A DNA stretch of 64,000 nucleotides from Candidatus Enterenecus sp. GTDB taxonomy: Bacteria; Bacillota; Clostridia; Oscillospirales; Oscillospiraceae. The notes under the pieces were generated by a model. That model saw nothing but the letters and a program-made list of their open reading frames with translations, did no database searches and was not told the origin of the DNA. The DNA is taken from NCBI GenBank assembly GCA_051886935.1, contig JBJEYO010000004.1, positions 9,634 through 73,633 of the forward strand, given 5' to 3'. The position numbers were made by a program, and so were the translations under genes. Shown here one piece after another: positions 19,020-28,854 of the stretch (position 1 is its first letter; every line of letters begins with the position of its first letter).

Positions 19020-20504
19020 TTATTTGGCCCAGCCGCGGCTGCGCTCCACGGCGCTCTCCCAGTCGGACAGCAGCTTTTCACGCCGGGCGGCGTCCATGCT
19101 GGGCTGGAAGGTGGTGTCGCAGGCCCACAGCTGGCGAATCTCGTCCAGATCTTTCCACACCCCGGCGGCCAGTCCGGCCAGATAGGCCGCGCCCAGGGCG
19201 GTGGTCTCCCGGATAGCAGGGCGGCGCACCTGGCAATTGATGATGTCGGCCTGGAACTGCATGAGGAACTGGTCCCGGCTGGCCCCGCCGTCGGCCTTCA
19301 GGGAGGTCAGCGGCATGCCGGTGTCCGCCTCCATGGCCTTTACCAGACCGGCCACCTGATAGGCGATGGACTCCTGGGCGGCCCGGATGATGTGCTCCCG
19401 CTTGGTGCCACGGGTGATGCCGATGATGCAGCCCCGGGCGTACATGTCCCAGTAGGGCGCGCCCAGGCCGGTGAAGGCGGGCACCAGATAGACCCCGCCG
19501 TTGTCGGGCACCTTCTGGGCGTAATACTCGGCGTCCCGGCTGTCGTTGAAGAAGCGCATCTCGTCCCGCAGCCACTGAATCACCGCGCCGCCCACAAAGA
19601 CGGAGCCCTCCAGGGCGTACTGCACCCCGCCGTTCAGCCCCACGGCGATGGTGGTGATGAGGCCGTTATTGCTGACAAAGGGCTTCGCGCCGGTGTTCAT
19701 CAGCAGGAAGCAACCGGTACCGTATGTATTCTTGGCCTCGCCGGGGGTGAAGCAGGTCTGGCCGAACAGGGCGGCCTGCTGGTCGCCGGCGATGCCGGAG
19801 ATGGGGACCTGTACCCCCTGAATGTCGGCGTAGCCGTAGATCTCGCTGGAGGAGCGCACCTGGGGCAGCATTTCCCGGGGAATGTCCAGCGCCTCCAGCA
19901 GGGCGTCGTCCCAGTCCAGTCTGCGGATGTCGTAGAGCATGGTGCGGGAGGCGTTGGTCACATCGGTGGCGTGGACGGCGCCGCCGGTCAGCTTCCACAG
20001 CAGCCAGCTGTCCACGGTGCCGAACAGCACCTTGCCCTGGCGGGCTTTCTCACGGGCCCCCTCCACATGGTCCAGGATCCACTTGATCTTGGTGGCGGAG
20101 AAGTAGGCGTCGGGCACCAGGCCGGTGACCCGGCGGATGTGGTCGCCGTAGCCGTCGGAGAGCAGCCGGTCCACAATGTCCGCCGTGCGGCGGCACTGCC
20201 ACACGATGGCGTTGTAGATGGGCCGGCCGGTGTCCCTGTCCCAGAGGATGGTGGTCTCCCGCTGGTTGGTGATGCCGATGGCGGCGATGTCCCGGGGCTC
20301 CACGCCGGTCTGGGCGATGACCTCCATCATGGTGGCGTACTGGGAGGACCAGATCTCCATGGCGTCATGCTCCACCCAGCCCTCCTTGGGGTAGATCTGG
20401 GTGAACTCCTTCTGGCTGACCCCCACGATGTTCTGGTCCTGATCGAACAGGATCACGCGGGAGCTGGTGGTGCCCTGGTCCAAAGCGAGGATGTACTTGC
20501 TCAT
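19020..20504 (-). CDS. glpK: Glycerol kinase
   Basis: [48 protein letters not shown]. Confidence 0.97.
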   Translation of the reverse strand: MSKYILALDQGTTSSRVILFDQDQNIVGVSQKEFTQIYPKEGWVEHDAMEIWSSQYATMMEVIAQTGVEPRDIAAIGITNQRETTILWDRDTGRPIYNAIVWQCRRTADIVDRLLSDGYGDHIRRVTGLVPDAYFSATKIKWILDHVEGAREKARQGKVLFGTVDSWLLWKLTGGAVHATDVTNASRTMLYDIRRLDWDDALLEALDIPREMLPQVRSSSEIYGYADIQGVQVPISGIAGDQQAALFGQTCFTPGEAKNTYGTGCFLLMNTGAKPFVSNNGLITTIAVGLNGGVQYALEGSVFVGGAVIQWLRDEMRFFNDSRDAEYYAQKVPDNGGVYLVPAFTGLGAPYWDMYARGCIIGITRGTKREHIIRAAQESIAYQVAGLVKAMEADTGMPLTSLKADGGASRDQFLMQFQADIINCQVRRPAIRETTALGAAYLAGLAAGVWKDLDEIRQLWACDTTFQPSMDAARREKLLSDWESAVERSRGWAK

Positions 20505-20533
20505 GGGGAATATCTCCTTTCCCTTGCCGAAAT

Positions 20534-20887
20534 TCACTGGGGGTCCATGGGGCGGGTGGCCACCACATTGACCCCTGTGCCGCAGACATTTTCCAGCACG
20601 GTCTGACCCATGCGGACAGGAGCGGTCAGCTCCACGCCGTCCAGAGCCTCCATGACCGCGAAAATCTTGCCCTTGGGGACGGCTCCGTCGGTCTTGACCG
20701 GGCAGCGGGGGAGGGCCCCGCCGGCGCAGCGCACGGTGGAGGTGACCACCCGGGTGGGGTTTGTCAACTCCATTTTACCATATTCCGCCCCCCGGGGACA
20801 ACTGTTCCCTGTGACGGAATAGCCGTGTTCCTCGTCCACCTGAAGATGGCAGCCCCTGGGACAGACGATGCAGATCAGTTCTCTCAT
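20534..20887 (-). CDS. DUF1667 small CxxCxxxC...C protein (putative Fe-S subunit of glycerol-3-phosphate dehydrogenase complex)
   Basis: [13 protein letters not shown]...GNSCPRG...PTRVVTSTV; the start overlaps the upstream stop. Confidence 0.85.
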   Translation of the reverse strand: MRELICIVCPRGCHLQVDEEHGYSVTGNSCPRGAEYGKMELTNPTRVVTSTVRCAGGALPRCPVKTDGAVPKGKIFAVMEALDGVELTAPVRMGQTVLENVCGTGVNVVATRPMDPQ

Positions 20888-22137
20888 GCTTCCACCTCCC
20901 GGATGGACACGGTGATGCCGCCGGCGGCCCGGTCCAGCAGGGCCCGGGGCAGGGAGATCTGCTCCATCTCGCCGGGGGCCAGGCGGTCCCGCTGGAAGCG
21001 GGCCAAAAGCGTGTCCCCGGAGGTGACCAGAATCTCGCTGGGGCCGTACACCCGGCTGACCCGGAAGAACAGGGGGCACAGCTTCTCCACGTTTTGGGGG
21101 CGGATGCGCTGGGGCACGGTGTAGGAGACGCCGCCGCCGTTTTCCACGGTGAGGGCGCCGCCGCCGTCCCCGCCCTCCAGCACATAGCGGGCGGCGGCCT
21201 CGCCGGCCCGCTGGCTCTCGGCGGTGACGAAGTCCACCAGGTCGTGGACATGGCACACGTTGCCGCAGGCGAACACGCCGGGGAGGGAGGTCTCCATGTT
21301 CTCACAGACCACGGCGCCGTTGGTGCGCCGGTCCATCTCGATGCCCGCCTGGCGGGTAAGCTCGTTTTCCGGGATGAGCCCCACGGACAGCAGCAGGGTG
21401 TCGCAGTCGAACACCATCTCAGTACCGGGTATGGGATTGCGCTGTTCGTCCACCCGGGACACCACCACCTGCTCCACCCGCTTCTCGCCCCGGATCTCGG
21501 TGACGGTGTGGGAGAGGTACAGGGGGATGTCATAGTCGTGGAGGCACTGGACGATGTTGCGGTTCAGCCCGCCGGAGTAGGGCATGACCTCCACGCAGGC
21601 CAGCACCGTGGCCCCCTCCAGGGTCATGCGGCGGGCCATGATGAGGCCGATGTCGCCGCTGCCCAGGATGACCACCCGCTTGCCGGGCAGCCAGCCCTCC
21701 ATATTCACATAGCGCTGGGCGGCCCCGGCGGTATAGACCCCGGCGGGGCGGGTGCCCGGAGTGCCGATGGCGCCCCGGGTGCGCTCCCGGCAGCCCATGG
21801 CCAGTACAATGCTTCTGGCCCGCTCCACCCGGTAGCCGGTAGTTTTGCCCACCATGCGGACCTGGCGGTCCGGGGTGACCTCCAGCACCATGGTGTCCGT
21901 GCGGACCTCTACGCCGGTCCGCCCCAGCAGCTCGATAAACCGCCCGGCGTATTCCGGGCCGGTGAGCTCCTCCTTGAAATAGTGCAGGCCGAAGCCGTTG
22001 TGGATGCACTGGTTCAGGATTCCGCCCAGGTCCCGGTCCCGCTCCACGATGAGGATGCGGCGCAGACCGCCCTCCCAGGCGGCGCAGGCGGCGGCCAGGC
22101 CGGCGGGGCCGCCGCCGATGACGATCAGGTCATACAT
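20884..22137 (-). CDS. FAD/NAD(P)-dependent pyridine nucleotide-disulfide oxidoreductase (glp cluster)
   Basis: IGGGPAG, GGILNQCIHNGFG, GSGDIG, FACGNV.HVHDLVD. Confidence 0.88.
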   Translation of the reverse strand: MYDLIVIGGGPAGLAAACAAWEGGLRRILIVERDRDLGGILNQCIHNGFGLHYFKEELTGPEYAGRFIELLGRTGVEVRTDTMVLEVTPDRQVRMVGKTTGYRVERARSIVLAMGCRERTRGAIGTPGTRPAGVYTAGAAQRYVNMEGWLPGKRVVILGSGDIGLIMARRMTLEGATVLACVEVMPYSGGLNRNIVQCLHDYDIPLYLSHTVTEIRGEKRVEQVVVSRVDEQRNPIPGTEMVFDCDTLLLSVGLIPENELTRQAGIEMDRRTNGAVVCENMETSLPGVFACGNVCHVHDLVDFVTAESQRAGEAAARYVLEGGDGGGALTVENGGGVSYTVPQRIRPQNVEKLCPLFFRVSRVYGPSEILVTSGDTLLARFQRDRLAPGEMEQISLPRALLDRAAGGITVSIREVEA

Positions 22138-23572
22138 GGCGGGCCCCTCCTTTCGTCTCCTCCGCCAGCAGATAGCTGCCGGCCCGGTCCTGCAGGACCT
22201 CCCCGGGGCTGAGACCCAGCTCCCGGCACAGAAGCTCCACCACCCGGGGACCGCAGAAGCCCCCCTGGCACCGGCCCAGGCCGGCGCCGGCGCGGCGCTT
22301 CACCCCGTCCACCGAGCGGGGCGGGATGGGGCCGCGGATGGCGTCCAGGATCTCCCCCTCGGTGACGGTCTCACAGCGGCAGATGACCCGGCCGTAGGCC
22401 GGGTCCCGCTCCACCGCGGCGGCCCGCTCCGCCTCCGGCAGCTCCCGGAACCGGAGGTGACGGCGCTCACATTTGAAGTCCGGCTTTTCCTCCAGGGGCA
22501 GTCCGGCTTTCCCCATCAGTTCCACCAGGTACTCGGCAATGGCCGGGGCGGCGGACAGGCCGGGGGAGCAGATGCCGGCGGCGTCAAAGAAGCCGGGGGC
22601 GCCCTCCGCCTCGCCGATGATGAAGTCCCCGGTGTCGGCCCTGGCCCGGACGCCGGCGAAGCTGCGGATGGACTGCCGGAAGTCGATGGAGGGCACGCTC
22701 CGCCCGGCGGCGGCGCGGACAAAGGCCATGCCCCCGGCGGTGGTGGCCACATCCTGACCCTCCACGGGGCAGGCGTTGGGGCCGGCGATCAGGTTGCCGT
22801 GGACGGTGGGGGAGACCAGCACGCCTTTGCCCGCTCTGCCGGGGCACTGAAAGACGGTGCGGCCCACCCGGGCACCCTCGCTCTTGTCCAGCAGGTGGTA
22901 CTCCCCCCGGACGGGGCGGATGTGCCAGGGGGCAGGGGCGGCCATGTTGTGGACCTCCTCCGCGAACACGCCGGCGGCATTGACCACCCAGCGGCTCTCA
23001 AACACGCCGTGGTCGGTAAGTACCCGCCAGCCCTGTCCGGTCCGCTCCAGGCCGGTGACTTTATGCGCTAAAAACAGCTCTGCGCCGTTGGCCACGGCGG
23101 TCTCCGCCAGGGCCAGGCAGTACTCCCAGGGCAGGCAGATGGCGGATGTGGGGGCGTGGAGGGCGGCGGTGACATCGGGGGACAGGCTGGGCTCCAGCGC
23201 CCGGGCCTCCTCGCCGGTGAGCAGCTCCAGCCCCGGCACACCGTTGGCGACACCGCGGTCATACAGCTCACGGAGGGTGGACTTGTCCTCATCGGAGAAT
23301 CCCAGCACCAGGGCGCCGTTCTGCCGGTAGGGCACGTCCAGTTTGGCGCACAGCTCCTTCGCCAGGGCGGAGCCCCGGACATTGAGCCTGGCCATCAGGG
23401 TGCCGGGCCGGGGATCGTACCCGGCATGCAGAATGGCGGAGTTGGCCTTGGTGGCCCCCTGGGCCACATCGTTCTCCCCCTCCAGCACGGCGATCTTCAG
23501 CCGGTAGCGGGACAGATGAAAGGCCGCGGCGGCCCCGGTGATGCCGCAGCCAATGACGATCACATCATACAT
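22130..23572 (-). CDS. FAD-dependent glycerol-3-phosphate dehydrogenase-like oxidoreductase with C-terminal BFD-like [2Fe-2S] domain
   Basis: IGCGITG, KANSAILHAG, CRCETVTEGEI, GRCQGGFC; operon with glpK. Confidence 0.85.
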   Translation of the reverse strand: MYDVIVIGCGITGAAAAFHLSRYRLKIAVLEGENDVAQGATKANSAILHAGYDPRPGTLMARLNVRGSALAKELCAKLDVPYRQNGALVLGFSDEDKSTLRELYDRGVANGVPGLELLTGEEARALEPSLSPDVTAALHAPTSAICLPWEYCLALAETAVANGAELFLAHKVTGLERTGQGWRVLTDHGVFESRWVVNAAGVFAEEVHNMAAPAPWHIRPVRGEYHLLDKSEGARVGRTVFQCPGRAGKGVLVSPTVHGNLIAGPNACPVEGQDVATTAGGMAFVRAAAGRSVPSIDFRQSIRSFAGVRARADTGDFIIGEAEGAPGFFDAAGICSPGLSAAPAIAEYLVELMGKAGLPLEEKPDFKCERRHLRFRELPEAERAAAVERDPAYGRVICRCETVTEGEILDAIRGPIPPRSVDGVKRRAGAGLGRCQGGFCGPRVVELLCRELGLSPGEVLQDRAGSYLLAEETKGGARHV

Positions 23573-24246
23573 GACGATTCCTCCCCTCCGTCTTTGGACG
23601 CACCCCGGCCGGAGGGGCGGTCCAGCAGCTCCTCCAGAGAGTACACATAGTGGCTGCTCACTGCCCGCAGCTCCTCCCGGCGGCTGGCATAGAACGCATC
23701 GTACACCCCCACGGCCGCCATGCCCGCCGCCCGGGCGGTGGCGCAGTTGTCGGGGTTGTCGTCAAAGAGGGTGCAGTCCTCCGGCCTTGCCCCGATCAGC
23801 TCACACAGGCGGGCGAAGCACCGGGGGTCGTGCTTTTCCAGGCCGATCTCCTCGGCGTAGACCACATGGCTGAAGTAGGGAGTCAGCCCGTGCCGCGCCA
23901 GCACGGCGGCGCACAGGGCGGGGCGGCAGGCGGTGAACAGGGCCATGGGGATCCCCCGCTCCCGGCACTGGCGGAGAAAGGCCTCCGCCCCCGGCTTCAG
24001 GGGGACCAGCTCCCGGTAGTGGTGGTCGGCCAGAGTCTCCCACTCGGCCATGATGGCCTCCGGGCTGTCGGCGAGATGGTAGTATTCCTTTGTAAAGGCC
24101 GCCGCCGCCGGAAAGATGGAGCGGGCCACCGTGTCCTCATACTCCGCGGTGGGTGTCAGCCCCCGGCGGGAGAGAAATTCGATGTCCACCTCCAGCCACA
24201 GGCCGTTGGAGTCGGTGATGGTACCGTCCAGGTCGAAGATATACAA
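23560..24246 (-). CDS. HAD-family phosphatase
   Basis: IFDLDGTITDS, GLEK, LFDD; TTG start. Confidence 0.88.
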   Translation of the reverse strand: MYIFDLDGTITDSNGLWLEVDIEFLSRRGLTPTAEYEDTVARSIFPAAAAFTKEYYHLADSPEAIMAEWETLADHHYRELVPLKPGAEAFLRQCRERGIPMALFTACRPALCAAVLARHGLTPYFSHVVYAEEIGLEKHDPRCFARLCELIGARPEDCTLFDDNPDNCATARAAGMAAVGVYDAFYASRREELRAVSSHYVYSLEELLDRPSGRGASKDGGEESSCMM

Positions 24247-24264
24247 GGGTCCACATCCTTTGTC

Positions 24265-24870
24265 TCAGAGATAAAACCGCCAGGGGAAGTCCACAGCCTC
24301 CTGGGCGTAGTCGATGCCGATGCGCTTGCCCGACTTGACGGTCAGAGGGGCCTCCTCACAGTCGGGCAGGCCGGCGTCGGACAGGCGCTGGCACAGGAAC
24401 AGCTCCGGCGAGCCGTAGGGCAGGCCGTTCAGCGAGCGGTCGATGTTCAGCCCGGCGCACACCTTGCCGGGGCCGTTGAGAAAGTTCTTTTTTTGGTACA
24501 AAGTCAGGCTTTCCGTCTTGCAGCCGAACCGGTTTTCTGCTATGATATCTCGGTTGTACCTGGGGGAGAGGCCCCGTATGAGCACCGCCGCCGGCTCGCC
24601 CTCGGGCTCGGTGACGATGTTGAGACAGCAGTGCATTCCGTAGATCAGGTAGACATAGGCCGTCCCCGGCGGGGCAAAGAGCGTTTTGGTGCGCTCCGTC
24701 CTGCGGTAGTTGTAGGCGTGGCAGGCCTTGTCCATGCGGCCCACATAGGCCTCGGTCTCGGTGATCTGGGCGGCCAGCGTGACGCCGCCGTACCGCCGGA
24801 TGAGGTACTTGCCCACCATGTCCCGGGCCACCTCCACCGTGTCCCGGTCAAAAAACGCCTGAGACAGCAT
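24265..24870 (-). CDS. DNA-3-methyladenine glycosylase (MPG/AAG family)
   Basis: ITETEAY, YVYLIYGMHCCLN, AVLIR, NGPGK, RIGI, PWRF. Confidence 0.93.
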   Translation of the reverse strand: MLSQAFFDRDTVEVARDMVGKYLIRRYGGVTLAAQITETEAYVGRMDKACHAYNYRRTERTKTLFAPPGTAYVYLIYGMHCCLNIVTEPEGEPAAVLIRGLSPRYNRDIIAENRFGCKTESLTLYQKKNFLNGPGKVCAGLNIDRSLNGLPYGSPELFLCQRLSDAGLPDCEEAPLTVKSGKRIGIDYAQEAVDFPWRFYL

Positions 24871-24939
24871 GGCTGTTCCCCTCCCTTCCCCCACAGTTTA
24901 GCATGATTTTGTACTTTTTCATACCCGGAGTTGATCGCT

Positions 24940-25836
24940 GTGAATGAGAATGTTCTGAAAAAGCTGGCCAAACCCCTGCTGGTGGCGGCCACCCTGATCT
25001 GGGGCTCCACCTTCTTCATCATGAAGGACACCCTGGACACGGTGGACCTGCAGTTCCTGCTGGCCGTCCGGTTCACCTTCGCCGCCGTGATTCTGGCTGT
25101 GGTGTTCTGGCGGCACTGGAAGGACATTGACCGCTCCTACTGGTGGCGGGGGGCGGTGATGGGGCTGTTCCTCTACACCGCCTATACGGTGCAGAACTAC
25201 GGCCTCATGGACACCACGCCGGGCAAGAACGCCTTTTTCACCGCCGTGTACTGCGTCATCGTCCCCTTCCTCTACTGGATCGTGGACCGGCAGCGGCCGG
25301 ATCGATTCAATGTGCTGGCGGCAGTGCTGTGCGTGGCGGGTATCGGCTTTGTGTCCTGGGACGGGGGGCTGGCCATGACCTGGGGAGACGTACTTACCCT
25401 CATCAGCGGCATGATGTACGCCTGCCACATCGTGGCCACCGCCAAGTTCTCCCGGGGCCGGGACATCTTCATCCTGACGGTGATCCAGTTCACCACCACG
25501 GCGGTGTGCTGCTGGGTCGGCACGGCCTTCACCCGGGGTCTGCCCGTGGACGGGCTGCCCTTCCAGGCGTGGATGGTGCTGCTCTACCTGACTGTGGCGG
25601 CCACCACTCTGGCCCTGCTGTTCCAGAACATCGGCCAGAAGTACACCGACCCCTCCTCCGCGGCGGTGCTGATGTCCCTGGAGGCCCCCTTCGGCGTGGC
25701 CTTCTCGGTGATCTTCACCGAGGAGAGCCCCACCCCCTTCATGTACTTCGGGTTCTTCCTCATTTTCGTGGCGGTGGTGTGTTCGGAGACCAAGTTCTCC
25801 TTCCTCCGCGGGAAGAAGACTGCGGCGGCGGCCTGA
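24940..25836 (+). CDS. EamA/DMT-family transporter
   Basis: IWGSTF, RF, about 10 TM segments, LEAPFG. Start is GTG 24940 or TTG 24931. Confidence 0.88.
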   Translation: MNENVLKKLAKPLLVAATLIWGSTFFIMKDTLDTVDLQFLLAVRFTFAAVILAVVFWRHWKDIDRSYWWRGAVMGLFLYTAYTVQNYGLMDTTPGKNAFFTAVYCVIVPFLYWIVDRQRPDRFNVLAAVLCVAGIGFVSWDGGLAMTWGDVLTLISGMMYACHIVATAKFSRGRDIFILTVIQFTTTAVCCWVGTAFTRGLPVDGLPFQAWMVLLYLTVAATTLALLFQNIGQKYTDPSSAAVLMSLEAPFGVAFSVIFTEESPTPFMYFGFFLIFVAVVCSETKFSFLRGKKTAAAA

Positions 25837-25839
25837 GAG

Positions 25840-25886
25840 AAAAATACGGGGGCAGGCGCACAGGCGCGCCTGCCCCCATGCTTTTT
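25840..25886. terminator. Bidirectional intrinsic terminator
   Basis: A-run, GGGGGCAGGCGC...GCGCCTGCCCCC, T-run between convergent genes. Confidence 0.75.
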
Positions 25887-25893
25887 GGGGAGA

Positions 25894-26826
25894 TCAGAGG
25901 TGTTTTTCCAGCCAAGAGAGCACATCGGAGAAAACTTCCTCTTTGTTGGTCTCGTTATGCATTTCGTGGCGGCCGTTCTCATATAGTTTGATGGACAAGT
26001 CCCTGGTGCCGGCCTGCTGGAAGTAGCCGTACACCTTTCTGACCCCGGCGCCGCTGGCGCCCACCGGGTCCTTGTCCCCGGCGTAGAGGTACACCGGGGT
26101 GTCCGGGTCCATCCGGGACAGGGCCTGGCGGGAGGCGATATACTGCAGGCCGCCCAGCATGTCCCGGTACATGCCCACGGTGGGGATGAACTGGCACAGG
26201 GGATCGGCCATGTAGGCATCCACTACCGCCTCGTCCCGGCTGATCCAGTCGGCGGTGGTGCGGTTGGGGGCGAACTGCTTGTTGTAGGCCCCCAGGGACA
26301 GGTCGTTGACCAGGGTGCTGACATAGTCCGAGCCCTTGAACCGGGCGATGAGGCCGGCCAGCAGCTTGCCCGCGCCCACCATGAGGGCGCTTTCCTGCCC
26401 GGTGCCGGACAGAAGGGCGCCGGACACCTCGCCGGGGTAGCGGCACAGGTAGGTGCGGGTCAGGAAAGAACCCATGGAGTGGCCCAGCAGAAAGTAGGGG
26501 ATGCCGGGGAAGCGCTGGCCCATCAGCTGCCGCAGGCGGCGGATGTCGGCGGTGACCAGATCCCAGCCGCCGTGCTCGGCGAACCAGCCGAACTTGCCGT
26601 CCCGTGCGCCGGTGCGGCCGTGGCCCAGGTGGTCATCGCCGCAGACGGCGAAGCCGTGGTCGGTGAGGAAGCGGGCCAGGTGGTCGTAGCGGTCCACATA
26701 CTCCGCCACGCCGTGGACGATCTGCACCACCGCCCGGGGCTCACCCTGGTCGGGGAGCCACAGGGAGCAGAAAATATCGTGCTTCCCATCGCCGGACGGG
26801 AAGGTGAATTCACTGAATTTTGCCAT
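25894..26826 (-). CDS. Alpha/beta hydrolase (lysophospholipase/monoacylglycerol lipase-like)
   Basis: VHGVAE, DHLGHG, GHSMG nucleophile elbow, GDKDPV, RHEMHNE. Confidence 0.9.
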   Translation of the reverse strand: MAKFSEFTFPSGDGKHDIFCSLWLPDQGEPRAVVQIVHGVAEYVDRYDHLARFLTDHGFAVCGDDHLGHGRTGARDGKFGWFAEHGGWDLVTADIRRLRQLMGQRFPGIPYFLLGHSMGSFLTRTYLCRYPGEVSGALLSGTGQESALMVGAGKLLAGLIARFKGSDYVSTLVNDLSLGAYNKQFAPNRTTADWISRDEAVVDAYMADPLCQFIPTVGMYRDMLGGLQYIASRQALSRMDPDTPVYLYAGDKDPVGASGAGVRKVYGYFQQAGTRDLSIKLYENGRHEMHNETNKEEVFSDVLSWLEKHL

Positions 26827-26935
26827 GGCGGTTCCCTCCGATTCAAAATTGTGGTATGATCATCTGAGAACAGTGTAGCGGGTTTTGGGGAGCTTGTCAA
26901 TTCATGTTATGTCATCACGAAGGAGCGATTGCCGT

Positions 26936-28789
26936 ATGAAGAAGATCCTGCGCCGCCTGGGGGCGGCCGCGCTGGCGCTGACCGTGCTGTGTTCCACCGC
27001 CTATGCCCTGACGGTGGACGAGGCCATCGGCCTGCTGGAGGAAAATTACCTCCGCCGGCTGCCGGAGGAGGTCTATGAGGCCCAGACCCTGGAGGAGCTG
27101 TTCAGCATTGTGGGCGACCCCTATACTTACTACATGAGCGAGGAGGAATATCAGGCCTTCCTGAGCTCGGTGGAGGACACAGTGGAGGTCACCGGCATCG
27201 GCGTGTCCATCCAGTTTACCGCCCAGGGCATTCTGGTGGGGGACACCCTGAAGGGGGGCAGCGCCCGGGAGGCGGGCATCCTGCCCGGCGACCTGATCGT
27301 GGCGGTGGACGGGGTATCCTGCGTCCCCGCTGACGAGAGCTATCGGGCCATGATCCTGGGTGAGCCGGGCACCTTTGTCACCGTCACCGTCCTGCGGGAC
27401 GGCGTCACCATGGACTTCACCCTGGAGCGCCGGCTGGTGGTGGTGACCAACACCGAGACCACCCTGGTGGACGGACACATCGGCTATATCCGGTGCAGCA
27501 GCTTCGGCCAGAACACGGGAGCCCTGTTCCTGGAGGGAATCCAGGCCTGCGGCGATGAGGCGGACTGCTGGCTGGTGGACCTGCGGGGCAACTCCGGCGG
27601 CTACACCACCGCCGCGGTGGAGACCATCGGGGCCTTTGCCGGGGCCGGTTTCCACCTGTACCTGCGGGACAGCGGCGGGCAGCTCTACTACTACCTCTAC
27701 GGCCAGGACGCCGCCACGGACCGCACGGCGGTGATTCTGGTGAACAGCGCCACGGCCAGCGCCTCCGAGGCCTTTGCCGGGGGAATGCGGGACTACGGCC
27801 TGGGTATCACCGTGGGCAGCCGCACCTACGGCAAGGGCGTGGCTCAGATCGTGTTTGACGAGGACAACCGCCCGGAGTATTTTGACGGGGACGCCATGAA
27901 GCTCACCGCCTACCGGTTCTATTCCGCCGGCGGCGTCACCAACGACCTGGTGGGGGTGATCCCCCTGCTGATGGTGTCCGACGAGGCGGCGGAGGCGGTG
28001 GCGCTGGCCGTGTGCGGGGACCCGGCGTCGGCGGAGGAGGACCGGCTGATGGTGGAACTGGGGGGCTATCTGATGCTGGTGGACCTGAGCGCCACGGACG
28101 CGGATACTCTGGCGGCCCTGTTCGAGGCCCTGCCGCCCAGCGCCGTTCTGTGGCAGTACGGCAGTCTGGAGCCCCTGTCGGTGGTGGAGATGGCCGCGGA
28201 GCTGGGCGTCAGCTACCAGTCCCGCTGGTTTGACGACGTGGCAGAGAGCGAGTACGCCGACGCCATCAACACGCTGGCCACCTACGGAATCGTCCACGGC
28301 AACGGCAAGGGGATGTTCTATCCCGGCTCCACCCTGAAGCGGAGCGAGGTGTGCGCCATGCTGGGCAAGGCGCTGGGCCTGTCCGTCAGCACGCGGCAGC
28401 AGTTTGACGATGTGCCCGCCGACGCCTGGTATGCCGGCTGGGTCAACGCCATGGCGGAGCTGGGTCTGGTCCAGGGCGCCGGGAATGGCAAATTCTATCC
28501 CAACGAGCCGCTGAAGCAGGAGGAGTATCTGACCATTCTGGGCCGGGTGGCCCGGTATCTCAGCATGAACTTCGACTACGCAGCGGACAGCGTCACCCAG
28601 GAGCAGCTGGACGGGGCGGAGGCTCAGGGATTCCACGCCTGGGCCTGCCAGAGCGTGGCTCTGCTGGACATGGGCGAGGCCCTGTTCGCCCCCGTGGAGG
28701 AGCTGGAGCCCGGCGCGGCCATTCTCCGGGAGGAGGCGGCGTACAGCCTGTACGCCCTGCTGGCGGCCGCGGGGATCCTGGCGGTGTGA
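26936..28789 (+). CDS. Secreted S41 (CtpA-like) protease with PDZ and C-terminal SLH domains
   Basis: Signal peptide, GDPYT, PDZ (GILPGDLIVAVDG), DLRGNSGG, TASASE (Ser), TYGKG (Lys), SLH repeats FDDV...GIVHG..FYP...R. Confidence 0.9.
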   Translation: MKKILRRLGAAALALTVLCSTAYALTVDEAIGLLEENYLRRLPEEVYEAQTLEELFSIVGDPYTYYMSEEEYQAFLSSVEDTVEVTGIGVSIQFTAQGILVGDTLKGGSAREAGILPGDLIVAVDGVSCVPADESYRAMILGEPGTFVTVTVLRDGVTMDFTLERRLVVVTNTETTLVDGHIGYIRCSSFGQNTGALFLEGIQACGDEADCWLVDLRGNSGGYTTAAVETIGAFAGAGFHLYLRDSGGQLYYYLYGQDAATDRTAVILVNSATASASEAFAGGMRDYGLGITVGSRTYGKGVAQIVFDEDNRPEYFDGDAMKLTAYRFYSAGGVTNDLVGVIPLLMVSDEAAEAVALAVCGDPASAEEDRLMVELGGYLMLVDLSATDADTLAALFEALPPSAVLWQYGSLEPLSVVEMAAELGVSYQSRWFDDVAESEYADAINTLATYGIVHGNGKGMFYPGSTLKRSEVCAMLGKALGLSVSTRQQFDDVPADAWYAGWVNAMAELGLVQGAGNGKFYPNEPLKQEEYLTILGRVARYLSMNFDYAADSVTQEQLDGAEAQGFHAWACQSVALLDMGEALFAPVEELEPGAAILREEAAYSLYALLAAAGILAV

Positions 28790-28806
28790 TCGCAGCGCAA
28801 AACAAA

Positions 28807-28851
28807 TCCCGGCGGGGCGTGCAGCAGCACGCCCCGCCGGGACTGCTTTTT
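28807..28851. terminator. Intrinsic terminator between convergent genes
   Basis: TCCCGGCGGGGCGTGC-agca-GCACGCCCCGCCGGGA followed by a T-run. Confidence 0.75.
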
Positions 28852-28854
28852 GAA

